Origin: Dehalococcoidia bacterium
GTDB lineage: Bacteria > Chloroflexota > Dehalococcoidia > UBA2979
NCBI GenBank assembly: GCA_965262725.1
Contig: OZ253555.1
Span: forward strand, 512,001-576,000
Direction: 5' to 3'
Length of the DNA stretch: 64,000 nt
Shown: piece after piece, positions 12,483 through 24,429 of the stretch
Numbering within the stretch: the stretch's first letter is position 1
Layout: each line of letters opens with the position of its first letter
The notes under the pieces: generated by a model
Databases searched by the model: none
The model's input: the letters and a program-made list of their open reading frames with translations, nothing else
What the model was told of the DNA's origin: nothing
Translations under genes and position numbers: made by a program

Positions 12483-13256
12483 TCAATCACCTCCCGTCTG
12501 CGCCTCGAGCAGGGCGCGGTGCGGCGAGAGCCGCTGGCGGTAGCTATCGCCCTCGATCACGATCTGGTAGCTGGCGTTGGCGAGCCGGTCGAGGGCGCTG
12601 TTGCCGAGGATCGGGTCGTCGAAGAGACCCAGCCATTCCTCCACGGCGCGGTTCGAGGTGATGACGAAGCTGGAGCTGCGGTGGCGCCCGATGACCAGCT
12701 CGTAGAGGTCGATGGACTGCTGCGCGCTGAGGCGATGGAGCCCGAGGTCGTCGAGGATGAGCAGGTCGGGCGCGAGGAAGCTTCGGAAGACCTTCTCGGC
12801 CGAGTGGTCGACGCGGGCCTGCGCCATCTCGCGGAAGTAGTGGTCGGCCGGGGCGAAGCGCACGGTGCGTCCGGAGCGGACGGCTGAGTAGCCGAGCGCC
12901 TGGGCCAGGAAGCTCTTGCCGACGCCGACGGGGCCGACGAGCAGGACGTGCTCGCGGCGATCGAGGAAGTGCAGCGAGAAGGCGGCGTCGAGCAGGCGGC
13001 GGTCGAGCCGGATGGCGGCCGCCCAGTCGAAGTCCTCGAGGCGGCAGAGCTGCTCGAAGCCGGCCTGGCGCAGGCGCAGCTCCAACCGCCCGTGGTCGCG
13101 GCGGCTCACCTCGTCGACGAGCAGGATCTGCAGGAAGTCCGCGTAGTCGAGGTGGTCGCGCCGCGCGAGGGCGATGCGCTCGGGCAGGGTGTCGAGCATA
13201 CGGCCGAGCTTGAGGCGCTTGAGCAGCGGACGGAGGTCTGAGGTGGTGGCGGTCAT
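12483..13256 (-). CDS. istB: IS21 helper ATPase IstB
   Basis: GPVGVGKS Walker A, LLILDDLG Walker B, ITSNR; ATGA overlap with istA. Confidence 0.95.
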   Translation of the reverse strand: MTATTSDLRPLLKRLKLGRMLDTLPERIALARRDHLDYADFLQILLVDEVSRRDHGRLELRLRQAGFEQLCRLEDFDWAAAIRLDRRLLDAAFSLHFLDRREHVLLVGPVGVGKSFLAQALGYSAVRSGRTVRFAPADHYFREMAQARVDHSAEKVFRSFLAPDLLILDDLGLHRLSAQQSIDLYELVIGRHRSSSFVITSNRAVEEWLGLFDDPILGNSALDRLANASYQIVIEGDSYRQRLSPHRALLEAQTGGD

Positions 13257-14833
13257 CGTGGTGCTCCTGTCGGGGTCTGCGTGCGGGACTGTGCGAAGAC
13301 GGAGCCCGAGTGGGCGAAGCGCCCCGGAGGTGGCGGCAGCTCGGGCTGGTCTGGGGTGCTCTCCTGGTCGAGGGCCTCGACGAGGATGCGCTCGAGGCGG
13401 CGCACGTCGATGAGGTCGACCTCGAGCGCGCGGCGGCAGGCGGCGTCGAGGCGGTCGGGGGAGTAGCGCTCGGCGAGCCGGAGGAGCTTGTGGCCCTGCC
13501 GCAGCTTCGCCCAGGGCAGGGAGCCCTCGAAGAGACGCTCGGCGTAGGCGCCCACGGCCTCCCCCAGCTCGGCGGCGCGGCGCTGTATCCAGTCGGGCGC
13601 CCGCCTGGTGTAGGGGGTGAGCTCGGCCGGGTAGTCGTTCGGGTCGGTGGCCCGGCCGCCCCGGCGCTGGCGCGGGTGGACCTTGATGAGCTGACCGCGG
13701 TGGTAGATGCGCACCAGCTTCGAGCCGAGCTGCACCTCGACCTTCTGGCGGGGCGGGCAGGCCGTGGACGGCACCGAGTACAGCGCGTACTGGCAGGCGA
13801 TGTGGTGGTCGGGATGGACCGTGGCGGTCCGCCAGTCGGGGACCTCGTAGGGCTCGCCGTCCCACGGAGCGAGCAGAGGGAGCTCCTCCTCCCGGAAGAC
13901 CTCGAGCGGCCGGCGGCGGGTCGTGCCGTGGATGCGCTGCCCCGCCACCTCGAGGCACCAGCTGCGGGCGGCGGAGCGCAGGTCGACGATGTCCCGGAAG
14001 TCGCCGCCCTTGAAGAGGCGCTCGCGCACGTAGGGGATGCTGCGCTCGACGCGCGGCTTGTCGCGGGGATGACGTACGCGCGCCGGGTCGGTGATGAAGC
14101 CTCTGTGGCGGGCGTACTCGAGGAAGCCCCGGGTGAGGCGCGGGTGGAGCGCGTCGGCCCCGGCCACGGCGGCCGGGAAGTTATCGATGACGAGGTAGCG
14201 GGGCACGCCCCCGAAGAAGGACCAGGCCTCCTCCAGGCCCTCGATCACGGCGTCCAGCGTCTGGCTGGTGGTGGGCCACACAAAGCAGTGGCGTGAGTAG
14301 CGCCAGACGACGACCAGCGCCCACACCGCGCGCCGGCGGCCGCTCTCGGGGTCCCGGATGAAGCCGAGGCGGCCGAAGTCCATCTCCGCCACCTCGCCCG
14401 GCGGCCCGTCGTCCATGCGCACGGTCGACGGCAGCCGGTGGCGCCAGCCGCGGCGCCGGATGAAACGCCGCAGCGTGGTGTAGGAGACCTCGCAGCCTCG
14501 TCCGGCGAGGAGCTCCTGGATGCGCGTCAGTTGCAGGCGGTCGGTCTCAAGCCAGCGCTCGATCTGCTCCGCCCAGGGCGAGAGCAGCTCCTCGCTCGGC
14601 GCCTCGACCTGCCGCGGGCCGGAGAGGCTCAGCGTCGCCAGCGCGGCGAGCTGCTCCTCACTCGGCTCGGGACCGCCCGGCGTGAGGCCGGCCGCCTCGG
14701 CCGCCTCGACGTAGCGGCGCACCGTCACGCGCGATAGCCCCGTGCCGCTGGCGATGCGGCGCTGGCTGAGCCCCGCCTGCCAGCGTCGAATGATCTCCTG
14801 GATCTCCACCCCGTGTACCTCCCGGTAGGCCAT
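13253..14833 (-). CDS. istA: IS21 DDE transposase IstA
   Basis: N-terminal HTH, AEMDFG, VIDN, PRDKPRVER. Confidence 0.95.
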   Translation of the reverse strand: MAYREVHGVEIQEIIRRWQAGLSQRRIASGTGLSRVTVRRYVEAAEAAGLTPGGPEPSEEQLAALATLSLSGPRQVEAPSEELLSPWAEQIERWLETDRLQLTRIQELLAGRGCEVSYTTLRRFIRRRGWRHRLPSTVRMDDGPPGEVAEMDFGRLGFIRDPESGRRRAVWALVVVWRYSRHCFVWPTTSQTLDAVIEGLEEAWSFFGGVPRYLVIDNFPAAVAGADALHPRLTRGFLEYARHRGFITDPARVRHPRDKPRVERSIPYVRERLFKGGDFRDIVDLRSAARSWCLEVAGQRIHGTTRRRPLEVFREEELPLLAPWDGEPYEVPDWRTATVHPDHHIACQYALYSVPSTACPPRQKVEVQLGSKLVRIYHRGQLIKVHPRQRRGGRATDPNDYPAELTPYTRRAPDWIQRRAAELGEAVGAYAERLFEGSLPWAKLRQGHKLLRLAERYSPDRLDAACRRALEVDLIDVRRLERILVEALDQESTPDQPELPPPPGRFAHSGSVFAQSRTQTPTGAPR

Positions 14834-15572
14834 CGCTGCTCCCTCCGCTGGGGATGCAGGCGATGGTGGCCGTACCGGCGACCCGGGCGGGCAGGAGTCC
14901 CTGACGGGGTGGATCAATGACCCTGGCGAAGTGGATCAATGACCCTGGCGATCTGGCGATTTCGTGGTCTATAGACCTTGGCGATTCACACCGCAGATCG
15001 AGCACTCGAGGTGCGTGAGCGTGGATGCTGGCAGCTTTGTCAGCGTCTCAACCTCCAGGCGGCGGCGGTGCTCGGGCGCGCGCGAGGTGAGGCCCCCACG
15101 TCGGTTGTTGAACGCGAGCGGCTCCGCGGTCCGCATCTCCACATCGGCGCATAGAATCGCAGCACGGCCGACTTCCGCCTGCACAGGACGGTTGGGCGAG
15201 TATGGTGCCACGAATCCGCCCGGCTCTGCGCCTGCGGCTCCCGGTCCTCCTCGGCGCCGGTGCACTCCTGAGGGTCGGCCTGTCACGCGGAGTCGGGACG
15301 TCGGGGGCGTCATCATCACGCACCCGTTCGACCCAGCTGCGACTCAGCAGGGTGGGCTCGGCTGCGGTTCCGGCGACGCAGGGCTGGCGCGGCGAGTTGC
15401 GGCGACATCGGTCGCTTCGCGCCCGCCGCGCCAGCCGTCGCCCTCGGCGGTTGCCATTGGCGAGGTGGGCCGCAGGATGCACAGATGGACCGGTACACTG
15501 ACCGGACGACCCGGCGTCGACTGCGACAGCCCGGTCGAGGCCGGCTCCCCCGATGCGAGTGAGGATCGGAGC

Positions 15573-16430
15573 GTGACCCTGCCGTTCGGCACAGCCAGCG
15601 AGCGAGGCCCGGCGACGCGATGGGCCGCCGGAGCAGTGCCCGGGCTCCTGGGCGCGGTGTTGTTCCTCGCAAGCTGCAGCTCGACCGAGCCGGCCGGCGC
15701 GCCGGCACCGGCCCCTCCACGAGCCGCCACCACCACTGCGAGCGCTCAGCCGGCGATCGTGCCCGCTCGCGCGCCGTCTGGCGCCGCCCCCCTCGCGAGC
15801 CCGCCACCCACCACCGCTGCGCCTGCCCTGTCGCCGACGCCGCAGCCCGGGGCAGGTTCAGCACCCGGGGGATCGCAGTCGCTCGGGCGGGATGATGGTT
15901 CGGCCGTCGAGCCGGGGGCCGGAGGCACCAAGTCCGGCGACGCCCGGCAGGTGAAGGGCGACTCGGCCTCCACGCCCGCCACGGGGACCGTCTACACCTG
16001 GCAGGACGGCGACCGCACCGAGCGGGTGCTGCTGCAGGCCGACCTCGTCCTGCAGAGCAATGAGGAGAACCGGAACGATGATGAGGTCGTCACCCGCGGC
16101 GACACCGCGAGCGTCGTTCGCGCGCAGCCCCGGCATGATGAGGCCGACACCGATCCCGTCTTCCGCTCGCCGGCCGGCGACCTGATGACGCTGCCCGGCG
16201 GGGTGCTGCTCGCCCTCGACGCCGGCTGGGACCAGGCGAGGGTGGACCGCTTCTTCTCGGACAACGACATCGACCGGAGCCGCGTGGAGGGGCGGGACTT
16301 CGCCGTCAACGCCTTCTTCGTGACGACTCAGCCCGGATTCCCCTCGCTCACCCTGGCCAACGAACTCGCCGCACAGGACGGCGTGTTGATCTCCAGCCCG
16401 AACTGGCGAACGGAAGCCGTTCTCCGGTGA
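15573..16430 (+). CDS. Lipoprotein with Pro/Ala linker; candidate propeptide-like chaperone of the downstream protease
   Basis: Lipobox LFLASC; compact C-terminal domain PVFRSPAG...SLTLANELA...SSPNW; GTGA overlap with S8 gene. Start uncertain. Confidence 0.7.
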   Translation: MTLPFGTASERGPATRWAAGAVPGLLGAVLFLASCSSTEPAGAPAPAPPRAATTTASAQPAIVPARAPSGAAPLASPPPTTAAPALSPTPQPGAGSAPGGSQSLGRDDGSAVEPGAGGTKSGDARQVKGDSASTPATGTVYTWQDGDRTERVLLQADLVLQSNEENRNDDEVVTRGDTASVVRAQPRHDEADTDPVFRSPAGDLMTLPGGVLLALDAGWDQARVDRFFSDNDIDRSRVEGRDFAVNAFFVTTQPGFPSLTLANELAAQDGVLISSPNWRTEAVLR

Positions 16431-19400
16431 GCCGTCGGTCGCTGCTCGCGGCCCTCGCCGCGCTGTGTCTCATGGTCGGGGCGGGGCATGTGGAGGCGAG
16501 CACGCCCGGCGCGCCCACGGTCGGCACCATCACCGCCACCACCAACTCGCTCACCGTGCCGTGGACCGCGCCCTCGGACAATGGTGGTTCGGTGATCGTC
16601 GCCTACGACCTGCGCTACATCCGCACCGACGCGACGCCTGCGCGCAAGGCGGACGACGCCAACTGGACCGTCGAGGAGGTCTGGACGACGGGCGGCGGCA
16701 GCCTCGAGACCGAGGTGAAGGATCTCTCCGACGGCGTGGAGTTCGACGTGCAGGTGCGCGCCGACAACCAGAACGGCGACATCGGCGAGTGGTCGCAGAC
16801 CGCCACCGGCACCACCACCGACCACGGCGACAGCACCTCCTCGGCGACATCACTCACGCTGGGCGGCTCGGTGATCGGGCGGATCGAGCCCGCAAACGAC
16901 GCGGACGTGTTCCAGATCGTCCTCACGAGCGCCGCCGACCTCTGGGTCTACGCCGACGGCGAGCTCGACTCGGTGGGCGAGCTGCTGGACTCGAGAGGCT
17001 CGCTCATCACGCGGGACCCCCGGAACGACCGGCTCGGTCCGCGAGACGGGTTCAGCCTCCGGCGGGAGGTCGAGTCGGGAACCTACTACGTTCGCGTCAT
17101 CAGCTACCGGGGCTTCGCCTCAGGCTCGTACACCATCCACGCCCGCGCCGCGATCGACCCCGGCGACAGCGCGGCCACGGCGACGACCGTCACGCTCGAC
17201 TCGGTGACGCCCGGACGCATCGACGCCCGGTCGGACGAGGACTACTTCAAGCTGGTCCTCGGCAGCGCCGCCGAGATCTGGGTCATGGCCGCCGGCGACC
17301 TGGACACCTACGGCGAGCTGCTCCGCGAGAACGAGACTGTCCTGGCCGAGAACGATGACGGTGGGCTGTCGGGCAACAGCCTGGGATTCGTGCTGAGTCG
17401 GGAGCTGGCGGCGGGAACCTACTACATCCGCGTCAGCGGCGTCGGCTTCGAGCCGACCGGAACCTACGCGCTGCATGTGCGGACGGTCGTCGATCCCGGC
17501 GGCGACGCGGCTACCGCGGCGCCGCTCACCCTCGGCGCGCCCGAAAGCGGCCGAATCTCCTCGTCGAGTGACGAGGACTTCTTCAGCCTCACGCTGGCAG
17601 AGGACACCTACGTCTTTGTCTACGCCCTGACCCTCGGTAGCGCGCTGCCGCTCACGGCGACGGTCCTCGACGGGACGGATACTCCCGTGTCCCTGACGCA
17701 GGTCATTCCCCACTCGACCTGGGCCGCCAACGGCAAAGAGGAGGTGAGCGTCTCGCTCTGGGGGAAGCTGGACGCCGGGACGTACCACATTCAGGTGCGG
17801 CGCTCCGGCAGCAGGAACGGGGCCTACCTCCTCCACGCCCTCGCCTCGCCCTACAACCAGGCGCTTGCGCGGTGCACCGCTCTGACCACGCCGGAGAGCG
17901 ACCCCTGGTACGGATGCCAGTGGCACCTCGGCAACACCGGCCAGTTCCCCGGCGGCGCCGGGCACGACATCAACGTCGAGAGCGTCTGGGCGGGAGGAAA
18001 CAAGGGCTCGGGCGTGAACATCGCCCTCGTCGACGACGGCCTCCAGAGCGACCACGTCGACCTGAGCGCGAACGTCATCGCCGCACGCAACCGCGACTAT
18101 CAGGGCAACAACAACGTCTTCGATCCGCTCGACACCCACGGCACGGCCGTCGCCGGCCTCATCGCCGCGCCGGAGAATGACATCGGCGTGCGGGGCGTGG
18201 CCCCCGAGGCACGCATCTACGCCTACAACCTGATCACCCACGAGACGTCCACCTCTGACCATTTGCAAGACGCCATGACGCGCCATCTGCAGGACACGGC
18301 CGTCTCCAACAACAGCTGGGGCTTTGTCACGACCGGCCTCCCTCGGGGCTCAGGTACGGTCTGGGAGAGTGCGGTCGAGCGGGGAGTGACGGAGGGGTTC
18401 GGAGGCAAGGGCATCGTCTACGTCTGGGCAGCCGGCAACGGGCACCCGGAGAACGGCAACTCCAACTTCGACGGCCTCGCGAACTTCTACGCGGTCACAG
18501 CCGCCTGCGCGGTCGGCTACGACGACCGCCGGAGCGCGTACTCCGAGATGGGCGCCAACCTCTGGATCTGCGCGCCCTCCAACAGCGGTCGCTACGGCCT
18601 GCCGCGGATTGCGACGACCCACCAGGTCGACCGCTACCGCGAGGACTTCGGCGGCACCTCGGCAGCCACGCCCATCGTCTCGGGCGTGGTTGCCCTCATG
18701 CGCGCCGCCAACGCGGACCTCACGTGGCGCGACGTCAAGCTCATCCTCGCCGCGTCCGCGCGCCAGAACGACTCCGGGAACGGCGGGTGGGAGCAGGGCG
18801 CGCTCCGGTACGGCTCGACGACCGACCGCTACTCGTTCAATCACGAGTACGGCTTCGGCATGGTCGACGCCGCAGCCGCCGTCGCCCTCGCCGACGGCTG
18901 GACGATCGTCCCGAAGCTACGGGAATCCGGGGCCGAGTCGGGAGACATCGGACTCGCGATTCCCGACGCACCCGACGTGGGCGCACCCACCGCCCTGACC
19001 GACAGCCTGACGCTCGACTCCCATGTCGCATTCGTCGAGTTCATGGAGATCGAGATCACCCTGGAACACAACTGGTTCCGCGATCTCCAGATCGAGCTCG
19101 TGTCGCCGGCCGGCGCCGTCTCCGTGCTCTCCGTGCCCGCCCTCTCCGTCCTCCTGAGGGGGTCGTTCGACGGCAGCCATCGCTTCGGGTCGGCCAGGCA
19201 CCTGGGCGAGAAGGCCGAGGGAACCTGGACGCTGCGCGTCACGGACACCCTCCACGACGATACGGGCACGCTCACGTCGTGGAAGCTCACGGCCTACGGC
19301 CACGGGTACGTCCCGATCTCCCCCGACATCGATGAGGTGGTCGAGGGCCCCGGTTCCCTCACCATCACCTGGAAGGAGCCCGAGGATGTCGGCGCGTCCG

Positions 19401-22400
19401 ACGTCACCTCCTACGACCTTCGCCACATCCGCGACGACGCGACCGACTTCGCCGACGGCCGCTGGCGGGAGCTTCCCGGCGTCGGGAGCCTCACGGATCG
19501 GCAGCACACCGTGAGCGGGCTGGACGGGGACACGAAGTACCGGGTCGCCCTCCGGGCCCGGAACGCCGACGGCATCGGGCCCTGGTCTGACTTCGCCGCC
19601 GAGCAGACGGAGCAGGCAGTCCCGGGCAGCCCCCGCTCCGTATCGGTCGCCCCGCGCGACGCCGGCCTCGCGGTCTCGTGGCGCGTTCCGGGCTACGCCG
19701 GCGCCGGCACCCCGACGTCCTACGACGTCCGCTACATCCGGAGCGATGCCACCGACAAGGCCGACGCCTTCTGGAGCGTCGTGACCTTCGCCTGGAGGAC
19801 CGGCGACGGAGACCTCCGCTATGTGATCGGCGGCCTCGACCACACTCTCAGCTACGACGTGCAGGTGCTGGCACGCAACGACGCCGACGAGGGAGCGTGG
19901 TCCACAACCGCGACGGGGACGCCGGCCCGCCCCAACACCAACAGCCCCGCCGAGTTCCCGAACAGCGAGAGCGGCCAGCGCAGCGTGATCGAGAACACCC
20001 CGACCGGGCGGGACATCGGCGATCCCGTCGCCGCCCGCGACGACGACGGCGACACGCTGACGTACTCGCTGACCGCAGGCGCCGCCAACTTCGACATCGA
20101 CGAGCAGACCGGGCAGCTGCTGACGAAGGTCGCGCTCGACCGCGAGCGGACCGCGAGCTACCAGGCGACCGTCGCCGTCCACGACGGCAAGGCCGCAGAC
20201 GGCACGGCGAGCACCGCCACGGACGACACGATCCGCGTGACCATCACCATCGACGACGAGGACGAGCCGCCTGTGGTCATGGGCGGCACGACCCCCGTGG
20301 TCCGGGAGAACACCACCACCGTCGGCACCTACCGCGCGCGGGATCCCGAGCGTCGGGCGAACACCTTCACGTGGTCGCTGGGCGGCGACGACGCGAGCGC
20401 CTTCGCCCTCAGCGAGAACGGCGTGCTCACCTTCGACCCCGCCCCCGACTTCGAGGCGAGGGCGGACGCAGACCGCGACAACGCCTACGAGGTCACCATC
20501 GAAGCGAACGACGGCAGCCTGACCGGCGACCTGGACGTGCGGGTCAGAGTCGAGGGCGTCGACGAGCCGCCCGAGATCAGCGGCGACTCGAGTGTCGAGT
20601 TCGCGGAGAACGGCTCGACGCGCGTCGGCCGCTACACGGCCAGCGACCCGGAGGGAGCCGCCGTCTCCTGGCAGACGCTGGCCGGGCCGGAGGCGCGCTA
20701 CTTCACGTTCGACGCAGGCACCGGCAATCTGAGCTTCGCCGCCACGCCGGACTTTGAGGCCCGCAGCAGCGCGGTCTACCGGGTCACCGTGCGGGCCGCC
20801 GACGAGGGCAATCGGGTCGGCGGCCTGCCCGTGACCGTCACCCTGACCCCCGTCGATGAGCCGCCCGAGATCAGCGGGCCGGACGAGGTCACCCTCAACG
20901 AGGTCATCAACCCGACCCCGGGGCAGGTGGTGGCCGTCGGGAGTTACACCCGGCGCGATCCCGAGGGCTCCTCCACCAACTGGGGGTCGGTCGGGAGCGC
21001 CACGGTGCTCACCGGCGCCGACGCACGCGAGTTCGACTTCGACCAGCGCAGCGGCAGGCTCACCTTCCGGGCGCCGCCCGACTCCGAGAGCGGGAGCGCG
21101 TCGTACCAGGTCACGCTGAACGCCAACGACGGCGTGCTGAACGGCAGGCTCGAGGTGACCGTCCACGTCGCCAACCTCGACGAGCCCGGCGCGGTGACCC
21201 TCGACCGGAGAACCCCCGTCATCAACCGCACGGTCACGGCCACGCTTGAGGATGCCGACGGCGTGGTCAGCAAGAACTGGCAGTGGCAGCGCTCGCCGGG
21301 CCGCACGGGCCCCTGGTCGGATATCGACAGCGCCACCTCGCGCAGCTACACGCCCGCCCCCGACGACCGCGGCGCCTACCTGCGCGCGAGCGCCGAGTAC
21401 GAGGACGGCCACGGCGCGGGCAAGACGGCGCCGCCGGGCGTCTCGGAGTTCCCGGCCGCCAACGTCCGCACCTCGAACACGCCGCCGGTCCTCCCGGACG
21501 CGGTCGACGACATCTCCCTCCTGGAGAACACCCCGCGGGGGCGCACCGTCGGCACCGTGCGCGCCACCGACGCGGAGAACGACCCGCTGACCTACTCGCT
21601 CACCGGGGCAAGCGAGTTCGTGATCGGCCGCACGACCGGCCAGATCCGGGTCGCCCCCGGCGCGGTCTTCGACTTCGACTCCGGCCGGATCAGCTACTCT
21701 CTCATGGTCACCGCCAGGGACATCTTCGACGCCGCCGACTACGTCGACGTCACCATCACCCTCACCGGCGTGGACGAGCCGCCGGTGGCGGAGCCCGACG
21801 CCTCTTCGACGAACGAGGACGAGCCGGTCGTCATCGACGTGCTCTCGAACGACAGCGATCCGGAGGCCGCCGACCTGGCCGTCACGGCGGTGAGCCGGCC
21901 CGGCAGCGGCACGGCGACCGCAGGTCCCGGCAGCGGGGAGATCACCTACACCCCCCGCGCCGACTACCACGGCGCCGACGGCTTCCGCTACACGGTCTCC
22001 GACGGCGCCCTGCGGGACGAGGGCACGGTCTCCGTCACCATCCGGCCGGTGAACGACCCCCCGGAGTTCCCGCCGTCCGCGGCCGAGCGCTCCGTCGCCG
22101 AGTCCGCCGGCGCCGGCGAGCCGGTCGGCGCGCCCGTCGCGGCGACGGACCGCGACGGCGACGACCCGACCTACCGCCTCTCGGGCTCGGCGGACTTCGA
22201 GATCGCGGAGGACTCCGGCCAGATCACCGTGGGGGCCGGCACGGCCTTCGACGTGTCGATTCAGGAGACCTACACGGTGACCGTCGACGCGAGCGATGGG
22301 AACGGCGGCCGGGCGAGCGTCGAGGTCACCATCACCGTGACGACGCAGCCGGTCGGGCCGACGATCGTGTTCGGGGGTGGTGGGGGCGGCGGCCCCTCGG

Positions 22401-24035
22401 GCCCGACGCCCAGCGAGATCGAGTTCGAGTGGAACGTCACCCGCGACATCGAGGAGCTCGACGGCGGCCACGATGTCCCCACCGGCTCCTGGTCCGACGG
22501 CGCGACGCTCTGGCTCGCCGAGAACGGCGACGGCGCCGACGACGCGGTCTACGCCTACGACCTCGCCACGGGCGAACGCGTCGAGGAGCTCGAGTTCGAG
22601 CTCGACGACGCCAACCTCGCGCCCCGTGGGGTCTGGTCCGACCTCCGCACCATCTGGATCTCCGACAGCGGCAAGGACAAGCTCTTCGCACACGACCTCG
22701 CAAGCGGCGAGCGCCTCCCCGACTCCGATCTCGCACTGCACCCCGACAACGACGACCCGCGCGGCATCTGGTCGAACGGCCCGACGCTGTGGGTGCTCGA
22801 TGGCCGCGACAACGCCCTCTACGGCTACGACCTGGAGAGCGGCGAGCTGCTCGCGGGGTACGCCCTGGACGACGCCAACGACGACCCGCACGGCATCTGG
22901 TCCGACGGCACCTCCGTCTGGGTCTCCGATGACGTCGCCAAGCGCCTCTTCGCCTACCGCCTGCCCTCGCTCGAGGAGGAGGACACGAGCGCGGACGAGG
23001 AAGAGGACCTCGAGCTCGCGCGCGTGCGCGATGAGGAGTTCTGGAGGCTGAGCCGGGCCAGCAACAACAGCCCGCGCGGTCTCTGGTCCGACGGCGACGT
23101 GATGTACGTCGCCGACTCCAGCGACGGCAGGGTCTACAGCTACAACATGCCGGACGGGATCGACGCCCGGCTGGTATCGCTTGCGCTCAGCGATGTCGAG
23201 ATCGGCGAGTTCTCACCCGGCCAGACGGAATACGAGGGCGTCGCGAGTGAGGGCGCTACCGAGACGACGGTCGAGGCGGCCGCGGCGCGCCGCACGGCGG
23301 TCGCCATCGACCCCCCCGACGCGGACGAGGTCGCCGACGGCCACCAGGTGGCGCTGGACGGACTCGATGAGATCACGGTGACCGTGACCTCTCCCGACGA
23401 GAGCCGCAGGGGGGTCTACCTCGTGCGCATCGGCGCTGCGGCCGAGGCGGAGCGGTCGGCGGCGCCCTGCCTGAGCGGCGCCGTGGCGGTGAGCTTCAGC
23501 ATCCTCATCTACGAGGGGGGCGGCATCGGCGACCTGGTCGGCTGCGCGGAGAGCCGCCACGTCACGGCGCTCTACGCGCTCGAGGGCGGCGCCTACGTGC
23601 CCTACATCCTCGGGGCGCCCCAGTTCGTGAACAGGCCCTTCATCGAGCTGTACGCGGAGGGCGTCCCGGCCGTGACGCTCTTCATCGCCGGAAGCGACGG
23701 ACCGGCCACGGCCGACCCGGCGAGCGACGGCGGCGCGGCGCAGTCCTGGCCGGAGTGCCTGCGCGGCGAGATCGCCACGGGCTTCAGCCTCGTGCTCTAC
23801 GAGGGCGGGAGCGTCGAGGAGGTCGGCGCCGTGCGTGCAGGGCCGCGGCGTTACGGCGCTCTACGCGCTCGAGGGCGGCGTCTACGCGGCGTACATCCTC
23901 GGGGCGCCCGAGTTCGTGAATCGGCCGTTCTTCGAGCTGTTCGCGGACGGCCTGGCCCCGATGACACCGCTGATCGCCAAGAGCGAGGGGCCGCCGGCCG
24001 CGGTCGCGGATCGCGGGGACGTGCCCGACAACTGA
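16427..24035 (+). CDS. Giant exported S8 (kexin/furin-like) serine peptidase with FN3, PPC-like, P-domain, cadherin/Ig repeats and shared C-terminal tail; 1-bp frameshift near 23830
   Basis: Triad VDDG / HGTAVAG / GGTSAATP, AAGN oxyanion Asn, LTWRDV; second tail repeat continues in another frame (23835-24035). Confidence 0.88.
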
Positions 24036-24429
24036 GAAGGAGCGACCGGCTGCCGACGCCGGACGCCGGACGGTTCGGCAGCAGGCGGGACTCTCAGAGG
24101 CGCTCGCGAAGAGGGTCCGGTCAGGTTGTGCCGGGGAGCCGCTGCCCCGCTGACTCCGGGCTCCAGGCAACCGGGAATCGTGTGTCGTGGCGTCGCTCCG
24201 CGCCGTGCGCCGTCACAGCTGGGGCGATCACTGGGTGCACATCGGGCGCGAGCAAATCCGCCATCATCACCTCTTCGCGCTTGACACGCATGCGCGGAGG
24301 CTGGCGATGCGGGGAGATGTGCGCGCGGCCCGGTGACCTCGCCCGGCGGCACGACGACAGGAGGATCGATCGTAGACTCGACACCTTGCTCTGGTGGATT
24401 GAGCCGCCGCGCCGGGGAAGGAACGACTG

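Larger units (their letters stand above)
12387..14990 (-). mobile_element. IS21-family insertion sequence, 2604 bp
   Basis: TG...CA ends; multiple TCGCCAGGGTCATTGATCCAC-like terminal repeats in inverted orientation; 7-bp direct repeat CCGCAGA at 12380-12386 and 14991-14997. Confidence 0.97.
11246..15043 (-). pseudogene. thrC: Threonine synthase, interrupted by IS21 and carrying a 1-bp frameshift
   Basis: NPTGSFKARG PLP motif; 5' fragment LTHLECSICG (14991-15043) joins ICGARCE at 12386 across the IS; frame change at ~11500 (VPAP/FADDLIL). Confidence 0.9.

Noticed and set aside
13257-13958. N-terminal extension of the 491-aa IstB ORF
   Set aside because: Alternative frame of istA; IstB starts at 13256 with an ATGA overlap.
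24032-24125. Glycine-riboswitch-like words (GAAGGAGC...CTCTCAG) after the S8 gene
   Set aside because: Better explained as a simple hairpin (GCTGCCGA/TCGGCAGC); the aptamer core is incomplete and the downstream gene is unrelated.
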